Shown: positions 36,201-45,531 of the stretch, one piece after another
Layout: the number at the start of each line of letters is the position of its first letter
Position numbering within the stretch: the first letter of the stretch is position 1
Origin: Acanthaster planci
Taxonomy: Eukaryota
Reading direction: 5' to 3'
Assembly: GCF_001949145.1 (NCBI RefSeq)
Contig: NW_019091360.1
Span: forward strand, 1,671,599-1,735,598
Length of the DNA: 64,000 bases
The notes under the pieces: generated by a model
Told to the model about the DNA's origin: nothing
The model's input: only the letters and a program-made list of their open reading frames with translations
Database searches by the model: none
Translations under genes and position numbers: made by a program

Positions 36201-36799
36201 TAATCAGCCTAACCAAGATGACGAGTTATTTTGCATGAATTACCTCGTATTCCTAACAAGTTTTACAACCCAATTGCCCGTGGTGACACACATGACTTCT
36301 CACTCACTTACCGGCAGCTATCTTGGAGGAGCCCCAGTACCAGAATGATCCCAAGTTCAACAGCCCACCGCTGCCGGAGGACACCAGCTACCTTCCCCTC
36401 AGTGCCAGCAGCTCGGGCCCGCCCTCATCTCCGCCCCCAGCCGAAGCTCCACCCACTGGGATGGGAGTGGACAACCTGGAGTACCACGCCCTGCTGGCAT
36501 CGGCCTCCCCACCGGTCATCCCAGGCAATCCTTGGAAGAGGCCCCAAGAGGCCCAGCTGGACGATCCGCGCTACATGAACGAGGAGCAGATGGGCCACAC
36601 TCAGCCGCTGCTGGCCGGCGAGCAACCGCGCCCCTTGTACTCTCCAAGCCACTCCAGCAGCCGGCCGGGCAGCTCCATACGCAGCAACGGCAGCAGCAGT
36701 GTGGGTGTCAGGTTATCTGGCGCCGCCAGCGACAACGAGCTGGAACATGACTACATCAACACCGACTTACCCGGAGTCCGAGGTGAGACCAGCATCTAA
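185..36799 (+). CDS. EGFR: EGFR/ErbB-family receptor tyrosine kinase, multi-exon, 5'-partial (about 1318 aa in window using exon 6695-6909)
   Basis: 26 exons join with GT-AG sites in consistent phase. Motifs: [13 protein letters not shown], YNPxTFQ, [63 protein letters not shown]. Orthology to one vertebrate ErbB paralogue is not implied. Confidence 0.97.
1134..1252 (+). CDS. EGFR: EGFR exon, domain II ([40 protein letters not shown])
   Basis: Pyrimidine tract plus TAG, GTAAGC donor, 119 nt. Confidence 0.95.
2150..2291 (+). CDS. EGFR: EGFR exon, domain II dimerization arm (ACLKF...[27 protein letters not shown])
   Basis: tttCAG acceptor, GTAAGG donor, 142 nt. Confidence 0.95.
2629..2742 (+). 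CDS. EGFR: EGFR exon, end of domain II ([15 protein letters not shown]...[11 protein letters not shown])
   Basis: gCAG acceptor, GTACGT donor, phase 1/1. Confidence 0.93.
3167..3278 (+). CDS. EGFR: EGFR exon, start of L2/domain III ([38 protein letters not shown])
   Basis: aCAG acceptor, GTAATT donor, phase 1/2. Confidence 0.92.
3312..3530. mobile_element. Degenerate MITE, same family as 23664-23832
   Basis: Shares TCACAAGTCC repeats and CAATTCACAAGCTA...AAGCATT...GTCATTGTT core. Confidence 0.55.
4477..4641 (+). CDS. EGFR: EGFR exon, L2 middle (DPFSGKQG...[18 protein letters not shown])
   Basis: T-tract plus CAG, GTAAGG donor, phase 2/2. Confidence 0.95.
6695..6909 (+). CDS. EGFR: EGFR alternative exon 'IIIa', C-terminal half of L2 ([43 protein letters not shown]...QNKEQQEC)
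   Basis: ttttcCAG acceptor, GTAAGT donor, 215 nt, phase 2/1, no stop. Confidence 0.93.
7365..7558 (+). CDS. EGFR: EGFR alternative exon 'IIIb', paralogous C-terminal half of L2 ([38 protein letters not shown]...QNGESVNC)
   Basis: TACTAAC branch-like site at 7308-7314, TAG acceptor, GTAAGT donor, 194 nt, phase 2/1, no stop. Confidence 0.88.
8416..8619. mobile_element. hAT-like MITE
   Basis: Imperfect terminal inverted repeats GCGGATCCAG / CTAGATCCGC. Confidence 0.45.
9300..9480 (+). mobile_element. piggyBac-like (TTAA) MITE
   Basis: TTAA/TTGA flanks; TIR CCCCTTTATATCGGGA / TCCCGGCGTGAAGGGG; near-identical inverted copy at 32862-33003. Confidence 0.7.
9807..9933. mobile_element. hAT-like MITE with 8-bp TSD
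   Basis: TIR CAATGGCGTAA / TTACACCACTG; flanks CCTCCTGG / CCTCCTGA. Confidence 0.65.
10906..11123. mobile_element. Palindromic MITE
   Basis: Long TIRs CCAATTTCATAGAGCTGCTTA...CAAAATTTGCTTAAG / CTTAAGCAAATTTTG...TAAGCAGCTCTATGAAATTGG. Confidence 0.8.
12465..12675. repeat. Foldback-like element of ~16-bp TAAGTCCGAYGCCTCA units in direct then inverted orientation
   Basis: Repeated motif, then its reverse complement (TGAGGTGTCGGACTTATGA). Confidence 0.6.
16701..16878. mobile_element. Palindromic MITE, diverged copy of 22009-22184
   Basis: TTCACAA...AAGAGTTTGCAA / TTGCAAACTCTT...TTGTGAA. Confidence 0.7.
17468..17600 (+). CDS. EGFR: EGFR exon, start of domain IV ([44 protein letters not shown])
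   Basis: Not in the ORF track; found by its CWG motif. TAG acceptor, GTAAGT donor, 133 nt, phase 1/2. Confidence 0.93.
17654..18020. mobile_element. hAT-like MITE; related ends at ~35245 and ~47517
   Basis: TIR CAGGGTTCC / GGAACCCTG with GTCATGGAAA-type subterminal repeats; no clear TSD. Confidence 0.5.
18792..18876 (+). CDS. EGFR: EGFR exon, domain IV ([28 protein letters not shown])
   Basis: ctCAG acceptor, GTAAGT donor, phase 2/0. Confidence 0.9.
19515..19667. repeat. Degenerate 12-bp minisatellite (CTTGTGACTGGT-like)
   Basis: Periodic units that give low-complexity ORFs on both strands. Confidence 0.7.
19822..19955 (+). CDS. EGFR: EGFR exon, domain IV ([45 protein letters not shown])
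   Basis: CAG acceptor, GTAAGT donor, phase 0/2. Confidence 0.94.
20614..20698 (+). CDS. EGFR: EGFR exon, Cys-rich ([28 protein letters not shown])
   Basis: gCAG acceptor, GTAAGT donor, phase 2/0. Confidence 0.9.
22009..22184. mobile_element. Near-perfect palindromic MITE (~75-bp arms)
   Basis: TTCACAATAGCGCCACCAAGAGTTTGCAACGC...GTCGACC loop GGTCGAC...GCGTTGCAAACTCTTAGTGGCGCACTATTGTGAA. Confidence 0.8.
22832..22921 (+). CDS. Candidate alternative/duplicated EGFR exon ([30 protein letters not shown])
   Basis: tcCAG acceptor, GTAGGC donor, 90 nt, phase 0/0, open; weak similarity to exon 24617-24709. Confidence 0.3.
23664..23832. mobile_element. hAT-like MITE
   Basis: TIR CAGTGTTGTATTC / GAATATAACACTG; flanks TGGAAATT / TTGAAAGT (6/8 match). 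Confidence 0.65.
24617..24709 (+). CDS. EGFR: EGFR exon, extended Cys-rich region ([31 protein letters not shown])
   Basis: ccTAG acceptor, GTGAGT donor, phase 0/0; fills the gap expected from the Cys spacing of insect EGFR. Confidence 0.82.
25435..25677 (+). CDS. EGFR: EGFR exon, extra furin-like repeats ([32 protein letters not shown]...[12 protein letters not shown])
   Basis: AAG acceptor after a pyrimidine tract (an in-frame CAG at 25441-25443 is an alternative), GTAAGT donor. Confidence 0.9.
25949..26235 (+). CDS. EGFR: EGFR exon, extra furin-like repeats ([12 protein letters not shown]...CHQQCLGGC...[15 protein letters not shown]...)
   Basis: aCAG acceptor, GTGAGT donor, phase 0/2. 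Confidence 0.92.
26775..27086. mobile_element. tRNA-derived SINE-like composite
   Basis: Minus-strand head 26869-26775 with A box TGGTCGAGTGG, B box GGTTCGAGTCC and T-run; truncated plus copy ~26963-27015 enclosed by ~36-bp inverted repeats. Confidence 0.7.
27343..27469 (+). CDS. EGFR: EGFR transmembrane exon ([42 protein letters not shown])
   Basis: ttcttgCAG acceptor, GTGAGT donor, ~24-residue hydrophobic run, phase 2/0. Confidence 0.92.
28030..28068 (+). CDS. EGFR: EGFR juxtamembrane micro-exon ([13 protein letters not shown])
   Basis: ttttcCAG acceptor, GTGAGT donor, 39 nt, phase 0/0; restores a normal TM-to-PLTP length. Confidence 0.65.
28549..28800 (+). mobile_element. piggyBac-like element fragment (TTAA-CCACTT end); homologous to ~58645-58826
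   Basis: Shared TCAGCCAGGCCTGC...GTAAAAAGAGCCCAGATTG core; the other copy ends in AAGTGG-TTAA. Confidence 0.55.
29199..29411 (+). CDS. EGFR: EGFR kinase N-lobe exon ([14 protein letters not shown]...[10 protein letters not shown]...[19 protein letters not shown])
   Basis: CAG acceptor, GTAAAG donor, Gly-loop and VAIK. Confidence 0.97.
29913..30098 (+). CDS. EGFR: EGFR kinase exon ([11 protein letters not shown]...[13 protein letters not shown]...WCYQIAQ)
   Basis: CAG/GTATGT, 186 nt. Confidence 0.97.
30828..30983 (+). CDS. EGFR: EGFR kinase catalytic exon (GMVYLEE...HRDLAARN...DFGLAK...GGK)
   Basis: CAG/GTTAGT, 156 nt. Confidence 0.97.
31603..31678 (+). CDS. EGFR: EGFR kinase exon ([25 protein letters not shown])
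   Basis: CAG/GTAAAG, 76 nt. Confidence 0.96.
31836..32099. repeat. 38-bp minisatellite, ~7 copies
   Basis: Unit TCTCCAAWGATCTGAAATACCCCCTTCTCTTCTGKTAT, head-to-tail without spacers. Confidence 0.95.
32272..32497. mobile_element. piggyBac-like MITE (CCACTT...AAGTGG, flanked TCAA/TTAA)
   Basis: Same termini as the 28549 and 58826 copies. Confidence 0.55.
32862..33003 (-). mobile_element. piggyBac-like MITE, inverted copy of 9300-9480
   Basis: TTAA at 32858-32861 and 33004-33007; ~125 bp nearly identical to the 9300 copy. Confidence 0.75.
33447..33593 (+). CDS. EGFR: EGFR kinase exon ([17 protein letters not shown]...DVYMLMVK)
   Basis: CAG/GTAAGT, 147 nt. Confidence 0.97.
33864..33961 (+). 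CDS. EGFR: EGFR kinase C-terminal exon ([15 protein letters not shown]...DPQRYLVIQ)
   Basis: CAG/GTCAGT, 98 nt. Confidence 0.96.
34410..34601 (+). CDS. EGFR: EGFR tail exon (NDGEG...[13 protein letters not shown]...MDAEEYLQP...)
   Basis: CAG acceptor, weak GTCTGT donor, phase 0/0. Confidence 0.88.
35057..35222 (+). CDS. EGFR: EGFR tail exon (TSGADF...[13 protein letters not shown]...NSN)
   Basis: CAG/GTGAGA, phase 0/1; resembles the RYSSDPT Cbl site. Confidence 0.88.
35980..36063 (+). CDS. EGFR: EGFR tail exon ([28 protein letters not shown])
   Basis: CAG/GTAAGC, 84 nt, phase 1/1. Confidence 0.85.
36318..36799 (+). CDS. EGFR: EGFR last coding exon (...YQND...DNLEY...RYMN...[16 protein letters not shown])
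   Basis: CAG acceptor in phase 1, GC3-rich ORF to TAA at 36797-36799. Confidence 0.92.
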
Positions 36800-39700
36800 G
36801 ATGGTCTTGGAAACAGTAAATGCAAAAGAGGTGTGTATATATTTGAGGGATATATGCAAAGCGGTGCTGTTTACGTCACTCACAACAAGTACTGGATGGC
36901 TTGATCTATCAAAGTGTGTATTTTTCGGGTTAAATTGGCGCTGGAGAAGAGACTATATTTTCAACACAGGTAAGAGGGAATAGTGGATGCAGTGCCTATT
37001 GAAATGTATCTACTTAATACCCAGAGGAGGGTCATTGTAAATGCTGTACAAAGTACTTGTAGGATAAAACTTCCAAAAGGACGACTTCTTGCAGTTCAAA
37101 TGCGCATAGCAAGCGAGCTGCCTTGTGGATTTGAGGATGAATGCCAGAGTGCAGTAAAGCAGGGAGCCAGGCTAGATCACCAGCTGGCCAGCTGTCCAAT
37201 TCATACAGCATTGGTTTGCCTGTTGGGTAGTCAAGGAACCGGGCCATGAGAGTAAAGCTGCGTAATTTTTTTAGAAATGTCTGTGTTCTGTTTTATATCG
37301 CTTGTAGAGTGTCCTAGGCTGATTTTTACTAGTCTTATTATTCATCATGTTTTTTATGTTGTAAAAATGGCAGAAAAGATGACTTTCAGTATCACAGGAT
37401 CAACATGTACGACGTACTACGAAAGAGAAAGGATTTAACAAAGGTGTAGGACGGAAATAAATGGTGCTCTGATCCGAGAGCGTCCGGAAGTGTTTGCATT
37501 TGCTTTGAAATGGTTTTTGCTCATTTGGACTGATGTGTGAGATAGAGTTGGCTCCAGTGTGGATGCATTCGAGTTTTGTTGTTGTCGGGTTCTGTCCCGT
37601 AACGAAATTGCTGAAGTCGCACCAGCAAAAGAAGTTATCGAGTATGGAAGGACAGACAGAAAAATGAGAGGGAAAAAAAATCAAACTAAACTAACACTAC
37701 ATATTGAAAAACGTGTATTTGTAGACAGACCGGAAGAAGAGGGGGTCCTTGAATATGACCTGGGTGCAAGTCTGTTTAGGTTCTCTTTTTTTAATCGGTG
37801 CAATATTTGTGCCACATGTAACATTGTCCACTGCAATTTTGAAGGTTTTAAATATTGCTGAAGAATTTGTGTTGTATATTTGATAAGGCACAGGTATGCC
37901 TTTTGTTCCGAGAAGTTGACCAACTTTTTTTTACGATAATCTTAAAGGGATCATATCTTTTTTAAATGTGGAAGGGTCTGGTTATGTTTGAATGTGGTTG
38001 GTCGTGCAAGACTTTGAAATAAACAACTCTGTCATTGTGAATGTCTTATCCATTTGCTCATGAACAGCAGAAACGAAAGCAAACTTAAAAACCCTCAGAA
38101 ACTGAATGGACTTAAAGGTATTTTTATCAGACTTGAAGCACTTTCTGCTGGAAATGCTTGTCAAACATTGTCTATGCAAATGCGAGTTGTGTACGTTTTT
38201 TCACCAATGACATCTTTAATTCCTAGAAGGTGACACATGGAGGGGACAAGTGGCAATATTGTTTGGATGATTTTTTTTGTCAAAGTGACAAATTAATGGC
38301 TTAAAAAGAAAGTGGTCCCTTCTTGAGCAGTTATTTATTGTGATGCATCATAAACTCTATCTTGTTGTGCATAATTTTTTTTTTGGTAAAAAAAGTTATT
38401 AAATAATTCTTTCCGTGCGTGTAAGTTTTATTTGCTTTTATGTGTATGTAATGGGAACATTTTAGCATGTAATTAGCAGCGTAAAAATGACTTTTAAACT
38501 TGTGTGTAGATACGTACATAATGGTATGAGACTTTTCATATATTTTCTGCAGCCATCCTGGTATAGTTCCCAGAAGTTGTGACATGGGTTACTAAATGCT
38601 CAATTTGTTAGCACCAGCCTGTGTAGCCGGTCAGTTTAAACATCTACAGGCATCGCAGTGGCTATTTTTGAGGGTTTGGGTGTAAAAACAAAACATCTGG
38701 AAACAGTAATATTGAACTAGAAATTCAACACTGCAAACAAGCAAGAAAGAAATGTACCAGACTGCCCAATTAGCAATTTATCAAAAAAAAAAAAAAAAAA
38801 AAAGCATTCAGCCTTAAAATGTGAACAACAGACGTACACAAAGCACAAATTTTTCATTGCCAAAACTGTGTATCGAATTCCATAAATACATGCTATCGCT
38901 GTGAGGGCTGCATAGGCTACGTATATCATCTTTGGGCAAGCACAAATGCAACAGTGTTTTTTTTTTTCTGAACCTGTGCACGGAATGCACATTTCAACAA
39001 TGTGGAAATTGTTCTCATTTATTAAAAGTGGAGTTGTGTTTAGTATTTCGCATTGCTTTTCAGATAGGGGCAACTTTTGTTCAAGTGCATGAGCATGTCG
39101 TCACGTAACACTTTATTAAAGAATGCAATTTCCATGTACACAAATGCGATTCAGTTCTTGTTGATTTCTACATTCTGTTCACCTGAGAGTGCACATAAAG
39201 TCCCACTCAGCCTAAGACATATTTCGCGATATGTCTTAGGCTGAGTAGGACCTTATGTCCAATCTCAAATAAACACGTAACGTTTTATTAAAGAATGCAG
39301 TTTACATATACACAAATGCATTCAGTTCTTGTTGATTTTTACATTCTCCATTTCTTCAAGTAGTGACTCTTCTGCCTGCTCTTATTTCAGGTAAACGTTT
39401 TTTTGTGTGTGCCGAAAAGTGAAGTTTTAAATATTGCTTGATGAGGATTCCAAGCACCCTTTGCCTCACAGACAGACTGTCTCACGTGCCAGTCGGCTTG
39501 TTTTTCCTAGGAGAATCTGTGTAGAGAAAAATTATTGAGTTCAGTGAAAAAAAGAAAAGAAAAACAAGCTCAGGATATGCAAATTTTAAAGCAGTGATAT
39601 ACATATTTTTGGTTCTTTGTTGTACATTTTCCTTTTGTAATTTATTTCTTGTGTCAGGAATTTTGTAATTAACAAGCGGGGATCATCCGAGGAGTATTTC

Positions 39701-40730
39701 TTGAGACAGTAATTGTTGATATAATTGATTCGAAACGACCCAAGCAGTATTAGTTACATGTGAGTACTCATTTTTAAAAGTACTGTTTGCTTGTATCAAA
39801 GAGAATTCTAAGGGTATAAAAGTGGTAAAATTGATTGGTTCAGATCTTCTGATGAAAACAAATCGCGATAGTAAGAGCAATGGGAAGCACTGAAATTCAT
39901 ACAACTGACGGTCTATTAAAATTGGAATCAGTGAGGTTATTTTGTTTTTCTTTCTTGACGTTTTTCAAGTCAGATCGTTGTTCATTGTTAATGACAGATG
40001 ACATAAATATTAGTTCAGCTGTTTCACATTTTGGAGAGCGTCTCTGTTTCTCTTTGTTCTGCTTGTCGGGGAGAAAAAAAAGCCTTTTTTGCAAAAGATG
40101 CTTTGCGTGATGACGCCAAACCGTGACAGAACACAGAACTCTGTAAAACAGATTCAAACAAATCGTAGCTTCCGCCGTTGCTCTGGCACCAGTCTCGTTA
40201 AATCTTGCAAGTGACAGTCTGCGGAAGAATTTGCTCTGCTTTCAGAACTCATTGTTTTCTTACAAAATGCTGCCAGAAACAAGGATGTTTAAATTATTTT
40301 GGATGATCCAAAAGGCAAACTCTTTATTATGTAGAGACTTGACTTGTTCCAAACCTTTAAATGCATGATCTACGTATGCCATTTCAAAGCGATTCTATTT
40401 TATAATGTATAGAGAAACACAATGTAACCGCCATTTTGTTTGGGCCCTAAAGGCATAAAAAACCCCAAAAAATTTATATATTTGTTTGTATATTTAATGA
40501 AGAAGTACTGTGGCTCTTTGCTAAACACTGCCAGGGTGAATATTGTGATTATTTGTGTACTACTGTCATAATTTTACTTTATGAAGATTCTGAAGGTAAT
40601 GAACCGACTGTATGTTATTTAATGAGTTTTGTTTCTCGTACTAATGCATATCATGTTATCAAAATTTTCTGAGCTTGGGAACTTCGGCATGGAATAAAAA
40701 CACGTGTAAATATTTTAAAGTCACTCGCAG
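36800..40730 (+). other. Probable ~3.9 kb EGFR 3' UTR
   Basis: AT-rich with no ORF; ends at AATAAA 40693-40698 followed by a U/GU-rich tract at ~40740-40775. Confidence 0.5.
40693..40698 (+). terminator. Candidate polyadenylation signal
   Basis: AATAAA with downstream TTTTTGTGTCCTGTTTTGTGT. Confidence 0.5.
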
Positions 40731-41179
40731 TGTACATTGCATTTCATCTTTTTTGTGTCCTGTTTTGTGTCTTCTGGTTGCAGAAGTTGTAAAATAAGAA
40801 CAGTTTTTGAAACATTACCATGAGTATTTCGAATTAACAGCTCAAAGCTAAGACAAAAGTCGTAACTGAGGCCAGAGAACAGTGCAGACCAAACCAATAT
40901 GCACTGTACACAATATTGTCGTCATTGGTTACGTCACTTAATATTTTCATTTTGTCCGTAACCGTGCGTGCGAAATGAGACCCTTTCATGGTTTGTACGC
41001 GTACTTTTAGCGGTCGTCTAACCTTTAAACGAGGCCCCTAAAAACTTCTTTGAAAGTCTGCAAGTGTGAAGTAGGGGTAAGAAGGGATGATAGTAGATGC
41101 CAACACCCCCCCCAAATAAAACGTCGTTTAATTTACTCATTTCGTTTTGTCACTTTTTTTATGTTGTCTACTTTTGCCT

Positions 41180-41367
41180 GATTTTGAGGCGCGCTTGCAA
41201 CGTTCTCATGTGACGATTTCCAGCAGCGTGCAGAGAGCAACCGTCATGTACCCAGACGTCTCGGCATTATTTAGAATTCTATGCAATAGCAGTGTTCACA
41301 TTCACTCAGCGCACGCGCACTAAATTTAAAAGGCGAAGGCAACACGAGGATCCTTCTCATGACTGAG
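41180..41367 (+). promoter_or_regulatory. Candidate promoter / first exon of the downstream small-exon unit
   Basis: Locally CpG-rich, GCGCACGCGCA (NRF1-like) at ~41309, consensus donor GAG|GTGAGT at 41367/41368. Confidence 0.35.
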
Positions 41368-42211
41368 GTGAGTTTTCAGCACCAAAAATGCTGTTTTTAC
41401 CCTCTTAATGACTCCAGAAATGCTCTTTGGTTGAGTCTTCTTAATCTTGGTTCATTAGTGTGATGACTGAAACAGTATTTCAGCGAGGACTCGTACTGAG
41501 GTGTATTGTATTTGTAGAATAATCATGATAATCCTAGCCCAGGTTGGAGAACGTCTACATTGCATTGCGACCATGGCGACTCGAGTCCAACCTGAAACCA
41601 GAAAATTCCACGTATAAGGCGTAGGGCCCACACGAATGCTGACCAACTCGTATATGTAGGTCTACGCAAAATTGTACACCGAACTATGCCATAATATCAA
41701 TAGTGCGACACGTGTGAGGACGTCTGGTTGTATTGCCCTTGCCTTCTATACATTGTAGGCCTTATGTTGGATTTTCCTCCCAACTTGATTCCCACCCAGT
41801 CTGGTAGGCACACTGTTCTGTGTATCCGTGATACATTTTAATTATGTCAAAATGGGTTTCGGGGTTTTCTCCGTCGAACTTAATAGGCGAATGCTACACA
41901 ACTTGCACAAAACTTTTCAGACAAATTTTTCTGTCAGAGCAAACTTTGGACTTGGCAAATTACTGATATGTTTATAACAAGAACCTTAACTCTAACAGTA
42001 ACAGTCCCAAATCCTCCAATTTCAATTCAATTTTACATACACCCTTGAGGGTTAGGGTTTATTGTATTTTCAGGAATGAAAATAATGAAAAACTAAAGAA
42101 AATTTCCTTTTTATAGAATCTTGTATTCTTGTGAAAGCTCTTAGTTTTAAATCCACAATGGAAAAAATGGATCATCCCATTGTATTGATTGTTCCTTTGA
42201 TTCTCTCTCAG

Positions 42212-42296
42212 CTTGACGAGGACAACTGCCCACATGGATGCTTGGAGAAGGGTACTCTATTGGTTATGAACAAGAGTAGTTGGACATATCAAAAAG
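42212..42296 (+). ncRNA. Repeated small exon 'A', copy 1
   Basis: ttctctctCAG acceptor, AAAG|GTAACA donor; homologous to 45446, 54037 and 62321. Confidence 0.5.
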
Positions 42297-43288
42297 GTAA
42301 CATTTTTAGGGAAGAATTCCATATGTGGACACCAGTAGTCATTCCCGGCAGCGACCTATCAGCTGTCAGAAAGCAGAAACATGTCTAGAAATGTTAAATT
42401 TAGGAGGGAAAAAACCAAGTCGTTTACTTAGAAAACACTTTGAATTTTTCAAGCCAGTCCTATAGGGTTTGTTCACAGGCTGTCAAGTGGCGTCTGTATA
42501 TGGAACTCTTTCTCATTTTATTCTGTTTCTGACGGAAGATTGGCAAGTGATAACCAATGAATCCACAGTCAGTACGTAGCTAGTGGATCGTCAGTTTACG
42601 AAGCATTTCTTATTATTGATACAGTGAAATCTCATTAAGTCAAACCTTAAAGGAATGGCGAAAAAATTGACTAGTCCAAAGGTTGAGTTACGTGTACATG
42701 TAAGCAAGGTTCCTGATTTGTTGCAGTCAAGTCAGGCAAGTACGTGTAGGGTTTCACCGCTGCCTGCCAATTCTCATTGTGTCTTGTTTTGACTTCAGTG
42801 GTGCATTTTTGGTCGCAATTAACTGTTTCGTGCTGTCATTAATGTTGCTGTTATCAAAAGGCCAAACAAAAAAATAGCTGTGTTTTCGGTTACCCAACCC
42901 AACCTAGAAAATCATGTGGAACCTATATCTTTTTACTTGACAAATCAATAAAATATAAAAAGCCTAATTTTGTGTACATGTACATCGTCCTGTACATTGT
43001 TTTGTTGTATTTTTTTTGCATGAGATGGACGGCTCTTATGTGTTTGTATTTCAACAACCAGCTGCTTTACTACTCAATCACAGTGCTGATATGTAGCCTA
43101 ATATTGACGTGCACATGCATTAATCTGACAATGACCTAGTACATGTACCTGCTACAAATATATGCGCCCCCACCAAAAAAATACAGACCATCATGCAACC
43201 CTTATTTTTAGGCTATAAAAATTTAGAGTAAAAAAGCACCCTAATTTATTTTTCAGTGTAATAGGAAACACAACTAATTTTTTGTCTG

Positions 43289-43536
43289 GCCAAAGGGTAT
43301 GCTTTATCAATAGTAGATAATATTTTTCAGTGTCTAACATCAATTTTTTGCCAATTTTTTTGCATTCCTACAATAATTCTGATAGCTGGATTGGCTCATT
43401 CAGTATGTTTTGCCAAAGGGTATGCTTTATCAATAGTAGATAATATTTCTCAATTTCTAGCATCAATTTTTTGCCAATTTTTTGTACTCCTACAATAATT
43501 CTGATAGCTGGATTGGCTCATTCAGTATGTTTTGCC
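43289..43536. repeat. ~124-bp tandem duplication
   Basis: GCCAAAGGGTATGCTTTATC...CAGTATGTTTTGCC occurs twice. Confidence 0.9.
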
Positions 43537-45445
43537 CAGCGGCATTTTTACTGCAGTGTGCCACTCGCAGCGACTTGAGAAAAGTTGAGGACTACTTGTT
43601 GCCCGGTTCCCTGAGTCTAGAATGGCTCATTGTGATTCATATCATATTAACCTCCTGGACCAGTCTCACTTTGGCGATTTTGCCCGCGCTGTGTTTCGGC
43701 AAGCTCGATGAACTTCATACGAAAAGTTTCACAAAGTTCTCTGGAAGTTAACATTTCCCAAAGAGAGTTTTTTTTTCAAATGACATATCAAAGGATTCCC
43801 ACTACAGTTTGAAGAAATGAGTACTTTTTTCAGGGGTGGAAATATCGTAGTAGCAGGAAGCGATTGAGAGTGTTAGCACATTTCTGCTGCTGACCAATAC
43901 AGCACAGCGTAATTTTCTTTGTGATGCCTAGGGCCTACACTGTAGCTCCCCAGAGCGTGGTTATCTTGAATGCTGAAGAATAGTGAACTGCAAGACATGT
44001 ATACTGGACCATGCATGTAGTCTTTGAGACTGGGTGTGATATCCCTACTTCAAAGGCACAGAATGATTCATGACTTATACAGACACTCAGTGGCTGTTCA
44101 CTCCATAGATTCACAGCACATACCACACATACTGTACATGAATTGCTTCGTCACGCCTGTCCAGTTGCTTGTGCCGTACTAAAACAGCCCTTGGGATCTG
44201 TACGTTTTCGCTGTCTGGTTCCCAGACCAAAAGACTCTGACAGGGTTTATCAGGGATGTGGAAATTCACCTTAGCTGATTTCAGCATTTTGGTTCATCAG
44301 ATTTTTGCTCTGCATTTTGGCTTTTTTATGTACTCCTGCTCTCTACAGAAATGATTGGAGCCTAGCTTTTTACTAGCTTGCTTATGAACGTGGTAATGCA
44401 CGAGTACATGTATATGGCCGTTATAAACCCCTGGTTTATCAGGTGTTCTGTCAAGGGTTAATCGGCACAGTAAAATGAGTAGCAGTGCAGCCCCCCCATC
44501 ACCAGGTGCACAATTTGCATTTTATTCCTAAGTTTCCAATGTTAGCAGACACACGTATGATTATGTTCACACAGAGCATCAACATTTCTTTCTCCTAGGA
44601 TTTGTATAACTCACAGTAGGCATGAAGCAATAGATGCCACCATGCTCATTTGCCTCGCACATTTCCAGTGTGTGTTCATATGACCGGCACTTTGAATCAG
44701 TTAGAGGGTGCATGCTGCAACTTGGCCAGTGGTAACGAAATGACCAACTCCGAAGCCGAATATATGCTCAAATTATCTTTGTTGTGCAGTCACATGGTCA
44801 CGGCAAAGAGCCAATGATCGGACTGCTGGACATGTAGGATACGACAGTAGCGGTCAGGTTTATACATGTACATGTAACTCTGAACTTTCAGACGCCAGGA
44901 TTCCTTGCAGCTTTGGGCTTGCAATTGTGAGTTCTCTGACCACAGTGGTAGCCAGCGGTGCAACCCAGAGTGAAAGAAAAAAAACACAGCTTTGGGTTGG
45001 CATTTTAAGCTCAAGGAAAAGTGTCCACGATCTCTCTAGTCCTTCTCTCTGACTCCTGGCGGTTGTTTCTTTTTCAGACTGAGCAAATGAAATTTCAAAT
45101 TAATTAAATGCCTCCATTGCTTTGGGTGTTCCAAGTTTCTGTGTGCTTACTTTGATTAATGTATAACATGTACATGTAAATGGTGTATTAAGTTTTTCGA
45201 AATGTACATGTAATTTAATGAGATTTCACTGTACTGAATAAAAGATGGCTAAGAATTGATGTCAGATTTAAATTCAGTGCGCTCTGACTCAAAGCATTAT
45301 GATAGATCTCAAACTTCCCATCCAACTTGTTTGTGCTTTGAAAGACCCACAAGAGTGTTGCACGAGCTACAGGAAAGCTAATTTCTCGTCCACAGACAGT
45401 CAAAAATGGATAATTGTGATGATTGTGTCTATGTTTCTCCTTTAG

Positions 45446-45531
45446 GCTGATCATGAGGACAACTGCCTGCGTGGATATCTATAGAAGTGGTGCCCTGCCC
45501 ATCTGGAACGAGTTCTTGGACTCGTCAAAAG
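45446..45531 (+). ncRNA. Repeated small exon 'A', copy 2
   Basis: tctcctttAG acceptor, AAAG|GTACAA donor; GAGGACAACTGCC shared with copy 1. Confidence 0.45.

Noticed and set aside
41359..42296. MTE-LDEDNCPHGCLEK...WTYQK as the start of a protein-coding gene
   Set aside because: It is in frame over two exons, but splicing to the next identifiable exon (45446) gives an immediate stop, and paralogous exons do not keep the frame.
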